A stretch of 63,899 bases of DNA, filler included, from Octopus bimaculoides (lineage: Eukaryota): assembly GCF_001194135.2 (NCBI RefSeq). It is 5 parts of 4 records of this genome, joined end to end, with 100 filler letters (N's around TTAATTAATTAA, not from the genome) between each part and the next. Parts side by side here need not be neighbours in the genome. Positions count along the whole stretch, not along the records: positions 17,408 to 44,244 come from NC_068981.1; 4 more parts are not named here. One strand, given 5' to 3'. The translations under genes and the position numbers were made by a program. The notes below the pieces were generated by a model. The model was given only the letters and a program-made list of their open reading frames with translations, had not been told where the DNA came from and made no database searches. Below are positions 27,141 through 41,863 of the stretch, piece after piece (the stretch's first letter is position 1; every line of letters starts with the position of its first letter).

Positions 27141-27947
27141 AACATTCACATACCCCCCTTTTACATAACTCCCTTTTACAGACACACACTTTTTACTCAC
27201 ACAGAGTACATACACACACTTTTTACTCCCACTACCAATTTGCCATCACCCCTTCCTTCCGTATTCATCTATCACCCCTTCCTTTCTCATTCATATATTG
27301 TGACCGAGAAAACACGAGTATTATTATACTAGAAGATTACTATAAATACGGCAATATATTCCGATAACCATTACGTCATAATACTGAAATTACATTCATC
27401 ATATTACTGTAAATGTGATATCATATAACTATATTATTACTTTACCATAGTTATACTACCATTACTATCATATTAGTGCACCTATGGTATCATATTACTG
27501 TATCATAATACTGTAACTTAGTATTATCGCAACTGTGACGTCATATTTCTATATCTATACAAAGTTACTCTAAGTTTACAGTTACTGAATCTTTATCGTC
27601 ATGTGACTGTAAATATGCCTCCCTATTACGGTTAATACGTCAATAATACTGTAATTATGACATATTTTTATAATTCCGTAATATTTCTCTAAATAAAACA
27701 TCATATTGATTGGCGTAATTCTATATCTCTCCAAAAACACTCGGCAATACTTTTACAATAGCTATATTCCTAAGTGAGAACATTAACAAGCAAAGGATGG
27801 AGATGCTAAGCTCTGGAACTACAAAACGATATCGTATTATTGTAGGCCATTGGTATTATGCATAAAGTATGAAATGTATTTTTGCGTCAGGGGAAATACT
27901 ATGAATTAACATTTTAAAATAGATGATACATATGTAACAGACCACAG

Positions 27948-27995
<48 letters not shown>

Positions 27996-28059
27996 ATTCT
28001 TACATACATACACACATACATATACATATTTCTATGTACATGTATGTATATACACGTGT

Positions 28060-28260
28060 GTATTTTTCCATGGCGTGTATATTCTCCACCAGGACAGGAC
28101 GCCAGTCTGTCACAGGGTAACTCACTTTTGCCAGCTGAGTGGACTAAAGTAACGTGAATTAAAGTATTTTGCTCAAGAACACAAAGCGTTGCTGGGTCAG
28201 AAATCGAAACCACAATCTTAAGATCATTACTTCAACACCCTAACCAGTGGCCCATATGTT
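28060..28260 (-). mobile_element. tRNA-derived SINE remnant
   Basis: gtgaattaaagtattttgctcaagaacac...aatcgaaaccacaatc...ccctaaccagtg; similar to ~40190-40330 and ~48130-48360. Confidence 0.65.
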
Positions 28261-29496
28261 TCCTAAATCTGAAGCTTAACACAAAATATATAGACAACAC
28301 ATCAAATGTAACAAAAAATTTACAATATATTACTATGGATTTCTCGCAACAAATCAGTGTCCAAAAGTTTAATAAAATAGCTAAAAGTATCACTAATTAT
28401 AAAATCTTTGTCAAACTTGCATACTACAAAACAACAGAAGTTGGCGGATATAAAGTCACTGCTGTCCTGCGTCAGATATATGAACAAGAAAATTACTGTA
28501 ATATAATCTGGTTCATACCAATCCTTTCTTTTAAATGTGCTTAATCTACCAAAACACTTTCTCGCTTTATGAAATAATCATTTATCTGTTAATCATCGTT
28601 ACAGGAAACGATTTAGCAGAACTAATTTGAAACAGTTGTATTACTAATGTGAACAACGTAATCGCAAGTATTTCAACAAAACAGCTGAAGTAAATTGCAC
28701 AAGCAGAAATGTAAGTTTCTACCGTTCAATTAGACTTGTAGCGTTGAAGCTATCACCCATGGAAAAAGATCACCTTCACTAAATAAATCTAAGTACCTTG
28801 AGTATAGAAGATGAATACAAAAATGAAATATTCAAACAAAACTTCAAGGACTTAAAAAGGAACAAAGTAACTTTGTTTGAACTTATGTCTAATAATTGAA
28901 AAATTTCGACAGGTTATTTTACATGAAATAGATCTTCGGAAGTTCTACATCAGATAGAAATAATAGAATGACGTAGATTATGTGCAGCAAAAAAAGAAAA
29001 GTCCTCACATACATGAGCATCAGCAAAATTTCTGATATATAAGTGTTAGTTCAGAGATTTTCAATGAATATTTCCTGACAGGACTGGATGGATTTGCACA
29101 TAACTGATGACAAAGAGCATAATACCCTCGTGTAATTTCATCTATTTTATCCACCTACTATAAATATCTATCTCAAATAATGATTCCTTCAGTATCTTCA
29201 ATGTGAGATATCTTTTACCTTGCTAGTCATTGTTATTTCTTGTTCTAAAGTTTCCCGCCAAATCTATGTATCTATAACGTCCTCCTCTTTTATTCGATGC
29301 CGATCATATTTCAAGAATTGAACTTGTCTCCTCCACGACAACTGATATTTAGATCTTTAAAAACTACATTATCAACGAAAAAGCCCATTGTTTTCAATAA
29401 TCACATGTATGTTACAACTTATATTTCAATTTCATCAAATTTTATAAATATATAGTGGGGATCATATATATATATATATATATATATACATCGTTT

Positions 29497-29606
<110 letters not shown>

Positions 29607-29864
29607 TGTTATATGTATGTATATAAACACAACCCGCTATCTACATAACAAACAATATGGTATTTCCTGACCAGGATCATAAATGTATTTAACTTTCATC
29701 ATTTTAAATCATTTAACTAAAAGCCGGTTTCAGATATTTCTCTTTCGATGTTCTATTTTCGCGTCTCGTGAATTTTACGGAAACTGTTCCGTAATATGAA
29801 GCCCTAAGTTATGAAGTATTACTACTAAAATGGTGTAATATATTTATTTGTAAGGCAGTAAGTA

Positions 29865-30065
29865 GGAAGAATCGATAGCACATTGGGCAAAATGCTTTGC
29901 GGCATTTCGTCTGTCCTTACGTTCTGACTTTATATTCCGTTGCGGCCGACTTTGTCTTTCATCCTTTCGGGGTCGAAAGGCTAAATTTAAGTACCACTTG
30001 AGCCCTGGGGTCAGTGTAATCGACTTAACCTCTCCAGTTACCTGAAATTGCTGGCCTTGTACCAA
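29865..30065 (+). mobile_element. SINE family B copy
   Basis: Colinear with 18445-18660, ending aaattgctggccttgtaccaaa. Confidence 0.8.
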
Positions 30066-30415
30066 ATATATTATTATTATTATGACACACACACACGCAC
30101 ACACGCACCCCCCAGACACACACACATACAAAGCATCAAAATTTATATATATATTGCTAAACGTTCGAATTTCATTATTCGAAGTTTAATGTGTCTCTTT
30201 GTGAAGCAAAAATCCTAAACAATAAAACTGGTAATCATTAAAATGTAAATTCACAGAAAAAAAACACAGAAAATTTTGATTGGCTGCTAGTGAAAATATA
30301 AATTTCAATAGATAATAATATTTGGTATCTTTCGTAGAAAATAAATTTGAAATATTTGTTTGTACTTATATAAAGAAATATATAGCTAACGTGGTAACTG
30401 AAGATATCTTTGACC

Positions 30416-30446
<31 letters not shown>

Positions 30447-30647
30447 TGCACGTACGTGTGAGTGTACGTATTTATGTATATCCCAAAATATGTATACGAG
30501 CGTAATTATATACATATATATGCATGCATATGTATGCTATGTGTGTGTGTATGCATGTATGTGCATATACACATATTTACGTGTATACATTTATATCTAT
30601 CTATACATTCATGCTTGTGAGGGTATTTATATACATGTGTGTGCTAC

Positions 30648-30721
<74 letters not shown>

Positions 30722-31790
30722 NNNNNNNNNNNNNNNNNNNNNNNNNNNNNNNNNNNNNNNNNNNNNNNNNNNNNNNNNNNNNNNNNNNNNNNNNNNNNNN
30801 NNNNNNNNNNNNNNNNNNNNNNNNNNNNNNNNNNNNNNNNNNNNNNNNNNNNNNNNNNNNNNNNNNNNNNNNNNNNNNNNNNNNNNNNNNNNNNNNNNAT
30901 ATATATACTTGTATGTTTGTAAGCAGAAAATTCTACCCGACCAACAAGAGTGTATACACTTAGTTGGCTGCTTACATTGAAGAGCTCAATTGCTATCAAC
31001 TAATTTGCGAACATCATTTATGTTATACTTGACATTAATTAGACATTCATAATTAAACAATTGATCAATCATTTCCTACGTTACACTAATCCTGTTCATA
31101 TGTAATATCTAATGTTTTGATTAGGCAGTTGTATGACACCAGCCATATACAAAAGTGTATTTGAAATTGTAAACTAATGTATTGAAAAGAATCATTGAAG
31201 TTTAAAAAACAAACATAAGCAAAAGTTAGTTGAAATAAAAATAAAACCATCGCATTCTCGGTTTGATTAAAATATTTAGAGAAATATTGTTTACTCTCAA
31301 ATTATGATGAAGAGAAAGATTCTTTATTCCAAATTGAAAAATAAATTTTAAGTACAAGAAGCAATTTAAGGTATTCTTATCTATTGAATACATACTTATG
31401 ATACTGAAATTCAAAATACCCAGAAGGTTTATTGTGCATATTTTTAAACAACAATTTTTTTTCTCCAACACAATAGCCATAAAAGACAGATCAAATAAAC
31501 ACAAAGCCTGTTTCTGAACATTAATGGAACATTCTTATTAACATCAAAACTAATTGAAACTCAATTAAACAAATTATGCGTAAAAGCCGATCTTTAATTA
31601 CATACGAGCACGAATAGATGAATGTGTATGTATACTCAAAATGTATGCTTTCATTTCATAATGATAATCACATGCGATCGTATATAGTCATACACTCACA
31701 CATGAATATATAAATGCATTGTCATATTGTTATGTAACACATATATAATAATACGTATTCATATATGTGTGTATATGTATGTACACACAT

Positions 31791-31828
<38 letters not shown>

Positions 31829-32019
31829 ATAGATGATTGATCTGTAAATACCCCTAAATTACAAATACATGCATATATGCGTGCACCATATAACATATAA
31901 CAATGTGTATAGAAATAACCATATATACAAGCAAATATATGTGTGTCTATGTATGTATGAGAGAGAGAGATAAAGAGCGTGTGAGAGACAGATAGAGAGA
32001 GAGGGAATATGTGTGTGTA

Positions 32020-32065
<46 letters not shown>

Positions 32066-32899
32066 CGTGTGATTTCCCTCCTTTTTTCAGTTTGCATTGT
32101 AATAGTGTGTAAACAATTTAAACTTTAAATGCTTCGCTGAGACAGGCAAAACACATCTTTATGCATGCATTTACACACACACCTCCGCGCATACAAATAA
32201 GTAAATATATATGTATATATGAATATATATNNNNNNNNNNNNNNNNNNNNNNNNNNNNNNNNNNNNNNNNNNNNNNNNNNNNNNNNNNNNNNNNNNNNNN
32301 NNNNNNNNNNNNNNNNNNNNNNNNNNNNNNNNNNNNNNNNNNNNNNNNNNNNNNNNNNNNNNNNNNNNNNNNNNNNNNNNNNNNNNNNNNNNNNNNNNNN
32401 NNNNNNNNNNNNNNNNNNNNNNNNNNNNNNNNNNNNNNNNNNNNNNNNNNNNNNNNNNNNNNNNNNNNNNNNNNNNNNNNNNNNNNNNNNNNNNNNNNNN
32501 NNNNNNNNNNNNNNNNNNNNNNNNNNNNNNNNNNNNNNNNNNNNNNNNNNNNNNNNNNNNNNNNNNNNNNNNNNNNNNNNNNNNNNNNNNNNNNNNNNNN
32601 NNNNNNNNNNNNNNNNNNNNNNNNNNNNNNNNNNNNNNNNNNNNNNNNNNNNNNNNNNNNNNNNNNNNNNNNNNNNNNNNNNNNNNNNNNNNNNNNNNNN
32701 NNNNNNNNNNNNNNNNNNNNNNNNNNNNNNNNNNNNNNNNNNNNNNNNNNNNNNNNNNNNNNNNNNNNNNNNNNNNNNNNNNNNNNNNNNNNNNNNNNNN
32801 NNNNNNNNNNNNNNNNNNNNNNNNNNNNNNNNNNNNNNNNNNNNNNNNNNNNNNNAAAATTTAAGTATCTAAGAATTTTTTGAGAATTATGTATATGTA

Positions 32900-32974
<75 letters not shown>

Positions 32975-32986
32975 ACGTGTGCGTGC

Positions 32987-33022
<36 letters not shown>

Positions 33023-33686
33023 ACATATATGTGTGTATATATGCATATATATATATATTATTTATATTATTATCTGAGTGAACGCCACGCATCCATTTCT
33101 AAATTTTATCTTAATATATTTGATGCGACTCTATCCTTTACTGTTCCCCTCTCACACACTCTCTCTCCCTCTTTCTTCCTTTACTCTCTCTCGTTCCTCA
33201 CACGTGACCATCGTCCATATTTCCTTTCTCCACGTGATCATCCTTCTTTTCCTTCAGTATGTTGTGCAGTCCAGACGCATTCCTATCTGTCTCCTCTCCT
33301 ATCTTTTCTCTTATCAAAGAATCTTCTTCCAGCGTCTGCTACGTTAACTCGTCTGAGCCTAACGGTCCTCCCTGTTTATATCCGTTTGGTTTGGTTTGTT
33401 GTACGTTCTGTTTTTGTTACCAACTTTGACCCTCCGCAAATGCCAAATTTTATTTTGGTTCGCAGGAGCAGCTGCCTTTAAAGTCTTATCTTATCGTTTA
33501 TTGTTCGAAATAAGGAGTAGAAGGACAGCCGACAACTGATGAAGGGTAGTTTGTTATCTTATTTGTCTTGTTTTCCATTTGCTTCTCTCGTTCTTTGCGT
33601 ACCTAACGTCATTTTCGTATTTCATGTTGTTTACGTTTTGTAACGTCCTGTACCCATATATGCATGCCTATATACATACATATGCA

Positions 33687-33770
33687 TGTATGTATATATG
33701 TAAGCATGTAGGTACGGAGTATTTGTCTAGTTCTTTCGTCTGTTTTCCTTTTGTTTTCGTTTTGGTAAAT

Positions 33771-33810
<40 letters not shown>

Positions 33811-33891
33811 TTACAAAAACGAAAACAAAAGAAAAACAGACGAAAGAACTAAACAAATACTCCGTACCTACATGCTTACATATATACATAC
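33687..33891. repeat. Inverted repeat with (TA)n loop; third arm copy at ~34550-34630
   Basis: gtatgtatatatgtaagcatgtaggtacggagtatttgtctagttctttcgtctgtttt mirrored at ~33805-33891; a partial CTGATGA motif lies upstream at ~33537. Confidence 0.85.
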
Positions 33892-34830
33892 ATTCGCATG
33901 CTCTCGCCAGAAGATACAACCAGGAAGAAGAATACATTCAAAACGACAAGACAAGAGCGTGTGACCTACTTCTAACATAAATATTATTTATTGGTTTACC
34001 GGTCTCCCCATAACGTAATTGACCTCTCCATAACGTAATAAAAAAAACACACACACCATTCTATCGTGTGTTGAAATATGAAACTATTAAATTGACTTAG
34101 TTATCTACTCCCTTACAATATACTCCTTATTGCCTATTGAACATATCACGTGTTTATGTACATTCTTTGTTTTACCAGCTTCATTCATCGCTTACTAACG
34201 TTTTCTCACACTCTTTTACACTTCAGTATACAGTGGTACATTTCTTCATCAATGTGATTGATATGTGGAATTTCTTAATCAACTTTAAAGAAAATACACT
34301 CACAAATGATTGCCTTTTGCACACATATTATCGCAGGCATACGAACAAATGCAGATGCCTATATATACACATACGTATGGATGCATCTGTGTTTGTGCAG
34401 GTAATGCTGTATGTATGTGTATATGTACGTGTGTATGTACGACGTATGTATATATGTGTGCATGTATGATATATGTATAATGTATGTATGTATGTATGTG
34501 TGCATGTATGATATATGTATAATGTATGTATGTATGACGTATATATGCATGTATGTATATATGTAAGCATGTAGGTACGGAGTATTTGTCTAGTTCTTTC
34601 GTCTGTTTTTTTGTTTTCATTTTTGTAAATATGCCATGAAGCCTGCTGTGTGTAACATGTTCTGTGTCTTTTGTTTTCATTTTTTAATTTTTGTTGGGGG
34701 TGGGGAAATGAATGCCGAGAAGAATTAGTAGTGAAAGAATCGAAATCAAAGAATGAAAGCTACTACTACTACTACTACTACTACTACTAGTAATAACAAT
34801 AGTTATAGTAGTAATAACAGCAGCAGCAAC

Positions 34831-34877
<47 letters not shown>

Positions 34878-36332
34878 CAGCAGCAGCAAATAACAAGAAA
34901 AAGAGATTTGAAATATAGTGAAATGCGATCGCAAAATTAGGGGAGGCATTCAGTAATGATTGCGTTAGTTGCTTGGCCTATCGAACAAAAACTGTAACGT
35001 TATCTAAACGGAAAGACGGCTAACATCCAATAAGCAGGTCTAATTGCTGCTTTATTCAATCGCGACTAATTAATCAACTTTCTGCTAAATAACAATCGTC
35101 TTTCGACTGTTGTTGTGTGTCGTTGATGTTATCTTCCGGAAACTAGTGTTCGGTCTTTCTGATGAAGTGTCGAATAGCTTGCAGAGGATATCTATTGTGA
35201 AAGAGAACACAGGGCGAACGAACAAACGAGCGAGCGATCGAGAAAGGGAGAGTGAGAGGCACAGAGAAAGGGAAAGAAGAGAAAGAGAGAGAGAGAGAGA
35301 GTGAGAAATGAAGAGAATAGAAGTTTGGGTTGGGGAAAGAAGGAGAGTGAGAAGACACTGTACTGGCTGACTGCCTGCTTGTCAGACTGTCTGCCTGACA
35401 CGTTCTTACAAAATATTCTCTTCCTATGTGATCTCTTAATGTAGTAAAGCTTACATCAGTTACTTTCATATTATATAGTATGCGTATATGGTTTTTGTTC
35501 TCTTGATTTCTCAGTATCTCAGCTTCCTTTTACTTATTTTCTTGTTTGCTCTTTTCATCTAATGTTTTATCTATCTATTTACTTATTTACTTATTTATTT
35601 GAAATTCGTTACCTCCTACTATTTTATTTTCTATTCATGATTTCCATCAACCCTACCCTCACACACACACACGCACACATCTACCACCACTTAGCTCTTT
35701 TTTTTTCCTTCATTTTCCTGAAAAAACATTCTCATTCACTCCGTCTCTCTGACTCTACTATTTACGAGTTTTTATTCAACTTCACTCTTTATTTTTGGCA
35801 TTCTCTCTTTAATCTCTCTCTCTATTTCTCTCGTTCTATTTCTTTCTTTCTCTTCGACAAGCGAATTTTCTTAAAACTCTCTTACTCCTAAACCCCTCTT
35901 ATATGATGTATTTTTGTCTTATTCCTATCAATTACTTGTGCAGTAAAGCTAGCTCATGTTTAGCTTGCAGCTGTTCATTATCAATCTATGGAGTGGAATG
36001 GATTGTACTGTAAAATCCTCTCAGTGTTTTACACTAATTCTGTTTAGTATACGAAAAATGTTTATAGGAGATTCCAGTGCTTCTGCTGAATATCCAAATG
36101 TAAACGAGTAGATAGCTCCATCTGGTTTAAATAGTTTTAAATATATTAAACATTTTATTTCTTGAAGCATTTTCTACGTTTTTTTTTTCTTTTGTTACAG
36201 ATTAATTCCATACAGAAAATGAAATGTTCTTTATATAATTTATGTTCAAAATTCATGGGTTGATTATCTACACGGACACAAAGTAAAATTTGAATCAAAG
36301 CCAAGGATATTGCTTCAAACTTTAATAATTAT

Positions 36333-36485
36333 TGTGTCGACGCCCCCAAGCGAAGAAGTAGGATCGCCCAAGACATATAAATAGAGGTAGTCTACCCGAG
36401 TTGAGTGATTGTTGAGTAGCCGTCGTGTAGCGGTTGAGTAGAGATCATCCGAAGGTGCTAGATAGCAGTAGCTTGAGGCATAACA
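36333..36485 (+). mobile_element. Solo-LTR-like short repeat (TG...CA, TATAAATA), imperfect 5-bp TSD
   Basis: tgtgtcgacgcccccaagcgaagaagtaggatcgcccaagacatataaatag...ataaca; flanks attat / ataat; homologous to 18749-18945. Confidence 0.6.
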
Positions 36486-39400
36486 ATAATGTATCGAATT
36501 CGATACGTTGACTACACCTTCTGAACATTCTTTAATATTTAAAGTTCGCTGAAGCCAGTATATATCAATACTTGTTGAGGTACATCTCCAATGCGTTATG
36601 AAGCTATTTTACTTGGTTAATAAAACGTAATTTTCTAAGTTCACTTTTTAATTTTATACATTGAGAAAGGAACATGTATTAAAACGAAGTATCAAAGTAT
36701 TTCATATTGCTTACCTCTATAACAAGATGTTAGTCATAAAAAAGTCTACTGGCTAAAAAACTAAATCAAAATCATATGAATAGATTCTGAATGAGTCACG
36801 TATACAGTCGATAATTTGGGACTTAGAAGACACGTTCCGCTATTTAGCTACAAGGCATACAAACAACCTTTCTGTTACCATAGTAGATATTTCAAATTCA
36901 TTTTAAACTTGTGTATTATTATTTCTCTTTGAAGGAACTAATTTACTTTTAATACTACTATATCAATAATTATTTCAGTTCTAATAATTTTAGAATGCAT
37001 TCTGTATTGCTGCGACTATGAAAAATATGTTCACAAAACGTCTACATTTCAGTTTTAAAGCTGTCCTAGCTGGACAACGTCATTACTGTTAGTACTTTAG
37101 CATTAGTAGTTGAGAAGAAAAGAAATAATCTCTCAATCTTTATTTTGATATTCTTCGCCATTCTATCGGCTATAACAGCATTCTAAGACATTATTTCATA
37201 ATTATTCAAGTGTCATTATAGAGTTGAAACACTTCCAATGCGACCTGTAAATTAGGATTAATAGAAAGTAGGAATAAGGAGTTGAACATCTTAGAATTAT
37301 TATTCAGAACACCATCTCTTACAATGATATGTCAAGTGATTCACATATTTCCGGTTCCCTAGATCATTTATGTAATATGGAAGTTATTGATATTTCCAGA
37401 TAACTAACAATATTAGTTAAGTATGCCACTTCAGAGTCAGCTACTAGGAGGTTTTCATCTAACATGCAGACTTCGGGTGTTTTAATTACGCATTCATTAA
37501 ACTGAGACAAGGATTTCTCATTTCTTTCTCTTTTTTTTCTTTAATATCAAGTACCTTTCCAATAAAACCAGACATGAATTTAATTTTATTATCGATATCA
37601 CTGTGTGTTAATGAGAAATATATTTGACTTAAGTGTCTAAATATTTTCTACCCAACATTTCAGGTTATGAGAACACAATCGTTTTCTGATGGAAAAAAAA
37701 ATATTGTAAAAATAAATTTTTACATTAATGGCGGTAAAATGATGTCGTAAATAGGAAAAACGAAAACTATTTCGTGTGGGTGAGGATTGAGAGGTCTAAG
37801 CAGTCATGTCTTTTTTAAATATAAGCGGTAAACAGTATAAATATTGTCTCATTCCCACGCATACGCATGTGTGTACTTATACATATTCAGATACCTAGAC
37901 CATGCACTTCATATATATATGTATATATATATGTGTATGTGTGTGTGTGTGTGAGTATGTGTGTGTGTGTGTGAGTATGTGTGTGTGTGTGAGTATGTGT
38001 GTGTATGTTTGTATGTATATAAATATGGATATACATACATACANNNNNNNNNNTTGTATGTATATAAATATGGATATACATACATACATATATATATACA
38101 CACATACGTATATACATATATGCATACATGTATATATATGTATATATATATATATATATAGTATACATACACACACTCACACACACACGCACGAACACAC
38201 ACACAGACAGAGACATATATGTATTAACAGTAATATATTTATGTGTATATGTTTATAAATTTGTATTCATATATGTACTCATATATATATATTTGTATAT
38301 ATATATATATATATAGTATACATACACACACTCACACACACACGCACGAACACACACACAGACAGAGACATNNNNNNNNNNNNNNNNNNNNNNNNNNNNN
38401 NNNNNNNNNNNNNNNNNNNNNNNNNNNNNNNNNNNNNNNNNNNNNNNNNNNNNNNNNNNNNNNNNNNNNNNNNNNNNNNNNNNNNNNNNNNNNNNNNNNN
38501 NNNNNNNNNNNNNNNNNNNNNNNNNNNNNNNNNNNNNNNNNNNNNNNNNNNNNNNNNNNNNNNNNNNNNNNNNNNNNNNNNNNNNNNNNNNNNNNNNNNN
38601 NNNNNNNNNNNNNNNNNNNNNNNNNNNNNNNNNNNNNNNNNNNNNNNNNNNNNNNNNNNNNNNNNNNNNNNNNNNNNNNNNNNNNNNNNNNNNNNNNNNN
38701 NNNNNNNNNNNNNNNNNNNNNNNNNNNNNNNNNNNNNNNNNNNNNNNNNNNNNNNNNNNNNNNNNNNNNNNNNNNNNNNNNNNNNNNNNNNNNNNNNNNN
38801 NNNNNNNNNNNNNNNNNNNNNNNNNNNNNNNNNNNNNNNNNNNNNNNNNNNNNNNNNNNNNNNNNNNNNNNNNNNNNNNNNNNNNNNNNNNNNNNNNNNN
38901 NNNNNNNNNNNNNNNNNNNNNNNNNNNNNNNNNNNNNNNNNNNNNNNNNNNNNNNNNNNNNNNNNNNNNNNNNNNNNNNNNNNNNNNNNNNNNNNNNNNN
39001 NNNNNNNNNNNNNNNNNNNNNNNNNNNNNNNNNNNNNNNNNNNNNNNNNNNNNNNNNNNNNNNNNNNNNNNNNNNNNNNNNNNNNNNNNNNNNNNNNNNN
39101 NNNNNNNNNNNNNNNNNNNNNNNNNNNNNNNNNNNNNNNNNNNNNNNNNNNNNNNNNNNNNNNNNNNNNNNNNNNNNNNNNNNNNNNNNNNNNNNNNATA
39201 GATTCAAGGCTTGAATATGGTACTTATGCGAAGGCACCCGAATATCACATCCCAAAAGGATGGGTGATTAAAATCAAACAATAAGCAACACGGATTTCAA
39301 AAGTGATTGCAGTACGCACGTTTCATGCTACTTCAATTTATTTAAGTAATGTGAGCATTACCTTAAATGCAATATGAAGAGCAATCTTCAGCTGCACGAA

Positions 39401-39574
39401 AAAATGCAGAAAAAGACATATTACAAATGTGACAAGAACGCAAATCATCCGAACAGTTAGGTGATATAAGAAAGGGACAACAAAACATCCTGATATATAT
39501 ATATTATACACACATACTCACACATACACACATATACACACATTGAAAGCTGTGGATTTGTGGGTAGGGTATTT

Positions 39575-39715
39575 TCGTGTCGCGCAGAATCTCCGTGAGA
39601 ACTACGTTAAGGTTACGTGTATCTGTAGAGTGCCCAGCCACAGGCACGTAAATTTCACGAGCAGGTAGTCCCATTAAACGGATCAACTGAAACCCCGTCG
39701 TCCTAACAGGCGGAC
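39575..39715 (+). mobile_element. SINE family A, 3' half
   Basis: Aligns to ~1335-1470 (gagaactacgttaagg..acgtgt.tctgt.gagtgc...ggatcaactg.aaccc). Confidence 0.7.
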
Positions 39716-40035
39716 AGAGTTCCAGTATATACACACTCACACAGACATACATTCAGGTTTCTATTTTTAGTAAATTTCACTAATTAGTACTTTTTTTTAC
39801 AAAAAGTAAACAAGTTACGATTATTGGCACCTAGCATGCTGTTAATTTCCATATAGAGTGTATATGTGATCGTGTGAAGTTATGGAATTGTAAATTGAAA
39901 ACAATATATGAAAGAGTTATCAAATATTTAAACCTTTTCGTGACATGTGACCACCTTGTGTATGTGCCTGTGCGTATGTACATATATATGTGTGTTTGTG
40001 AGTAGATATGTATACATGCATAAATACATTCTTAC

Positions 40036-40125
<90 letters not shown>

Positions 40126-40399
40126 CTCATGGACTCTCTCGTCGTTAGACAACCATGAGGTTCTGGCAATTTCTTGCGGAACAGCCACACAAATGATTTG
40201 TTTATAGTGATCAAATGTTTGCGTACACGTAAGCTTACTCTCTCCATCACATCGACATTAACTTTACAAGTGCACCGTCTGCCACATGTCTGATGAAATG
40301 ATCGTAGAACAACGTGAAATGAAGTGCTTTGCTTTTATACCATTGTATACATTCAAAGTAATTAAATATTATTTTACAGAATGATAGAATTAAAATATC

Positions 40400-40870
40400 T
40401 TTGATTAAAACCCCTTCTAATATGGAAGTATCCAAGGAGCATTTAAAGCACATAATGCTTTATGAGTACAAAAAAGGAAACTCTGCAGCCGAAGCGACTC
40501 GAAACATACACTCACTTTATGGGAAAGAATGTTTGAATGAAAGAACTTGCAGAAGATGGTTTGCAAAATTCAGAAGTGGAGATTTCAGCCTTGACGATGA
40601 AAATCGAACAGGACATCCAGTTGAGTTTAATGATAAGCTCCTTGAGGCATTACTTGAAGAAAATCCTGCATTATCAGTCAAAGAATAGGAAATAAAGCTT
40701 AGTTCAAACCAAACAACTGTTCATCGTCATCTTCAACAACTTTACTGAGGGACTGCTCCAATAAGTGTGTGAATACGAGAGGGGAATATATTGAATAAAA
40801 TCATAATTATCTGATCCATCTGCATTTTCTTTTACTCAAAGTCAGGAACATCTCAGCACCCTGTCGTATG
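40400..40870 (+). mobile_element. Mariner transposase N-terminal HTH fragment with internal deletion
   Basis: MEVSKEHLKHIMLYEYKKGNSAAEATRNIHSLYG...TCRRWFAKFRSGDFSLDDENRTGHP is the mariner HTH pattern; stop after LSVKE; catalytic domain deleted. Confidence 0.88.
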
Positions 40871-41810
40871 TATGTATGCGTGATCGACCGAGAAAGGAAT
40901 TTAAACATAGGTCTTTCTTGATTTTTCACAAATTCACCGAAGTTTGAATGAGGGGTGTCCATAACATTTGACGTGCTTTGCACAAAAAATTAATGAAGAC
41001 TTGCGTGTTGCACGCGCAGAAGCGTTGTGTTGTTGAGGTGACAGCAAATAGGTCGTTAATAAGCACATAGAAGCGTCAAGGGACATTAGTGAACCTTGCA
41101 TTACACCAGAGTTAATAAATTGTTAATGCCTCATAAAACGCGTTAATGCACATACAGTTGTGGACTCACTTCATCTATATTAAAAAATATGCGTATACAT
41201 GAATTAACACATGTATAAAGACGAGGGTATATAAAATTTAAAAACTTGTGGATACTTTGCTCCGTGTTTGTCAAAATGAATTAGTGCAAAGCCAATGTAT
41301 GTGTAAGTATTTATTGCCCTATCCGTACGCAATATAAACATTCTATTTATTTGTGAGAAAGACAGAGAGTGATGGACAACAACAGTGAGTGACAGAGAGT
41401 GATACAGTACGTGTACAAAGGAAAAAAAAGTTCAGATGCTTAAATGATAAGGAAAAAAAAAGAAAAAACTGAGGAAATCATCAATCATAGAGAAAAAATA
41501 TTGAAGCTAGAAAATTATTCGGGGAAAGATGTTAGATAGGCAAAGAATAGATAATGGGGAGGAGGAATAAAAAAAAAAGAAAACAAGAAGGAGAAAGAAA
41601 CGGAGGAAGAGAGAAATGCAGTTGAGGTGAAAATGGGAATGAGAGAGAAGTATTAGAGATATTAAAAAGAGATTGAAGCCACCGAGAAATGTGTATGAGT
41701 ATGTATGGTACAGGAAAATGTATGTTAAAATATTGAGGTACTTATGTATGTATGTATGTATGTATGTATGTATGTATGTATGTATGTATGTATGTATGTA
41801 TGTATGTATG

Positions 41811-41861
<51 letters not shown>

Positions 41862-41863
<2 letters not shown>

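Noticed and set aside
28915-28945. NFRRSI and, at ~62060, YCEGVFF as nuclear-receptor DBD pieces
   Set aside because: Cysteine spacing is absent, stops follow, and the second is on the opposite strand.
38005-38371. Exact duplications either side of small gaps
   Set aside because: Most likely unmerged contig overlaps or allelic redundancy.
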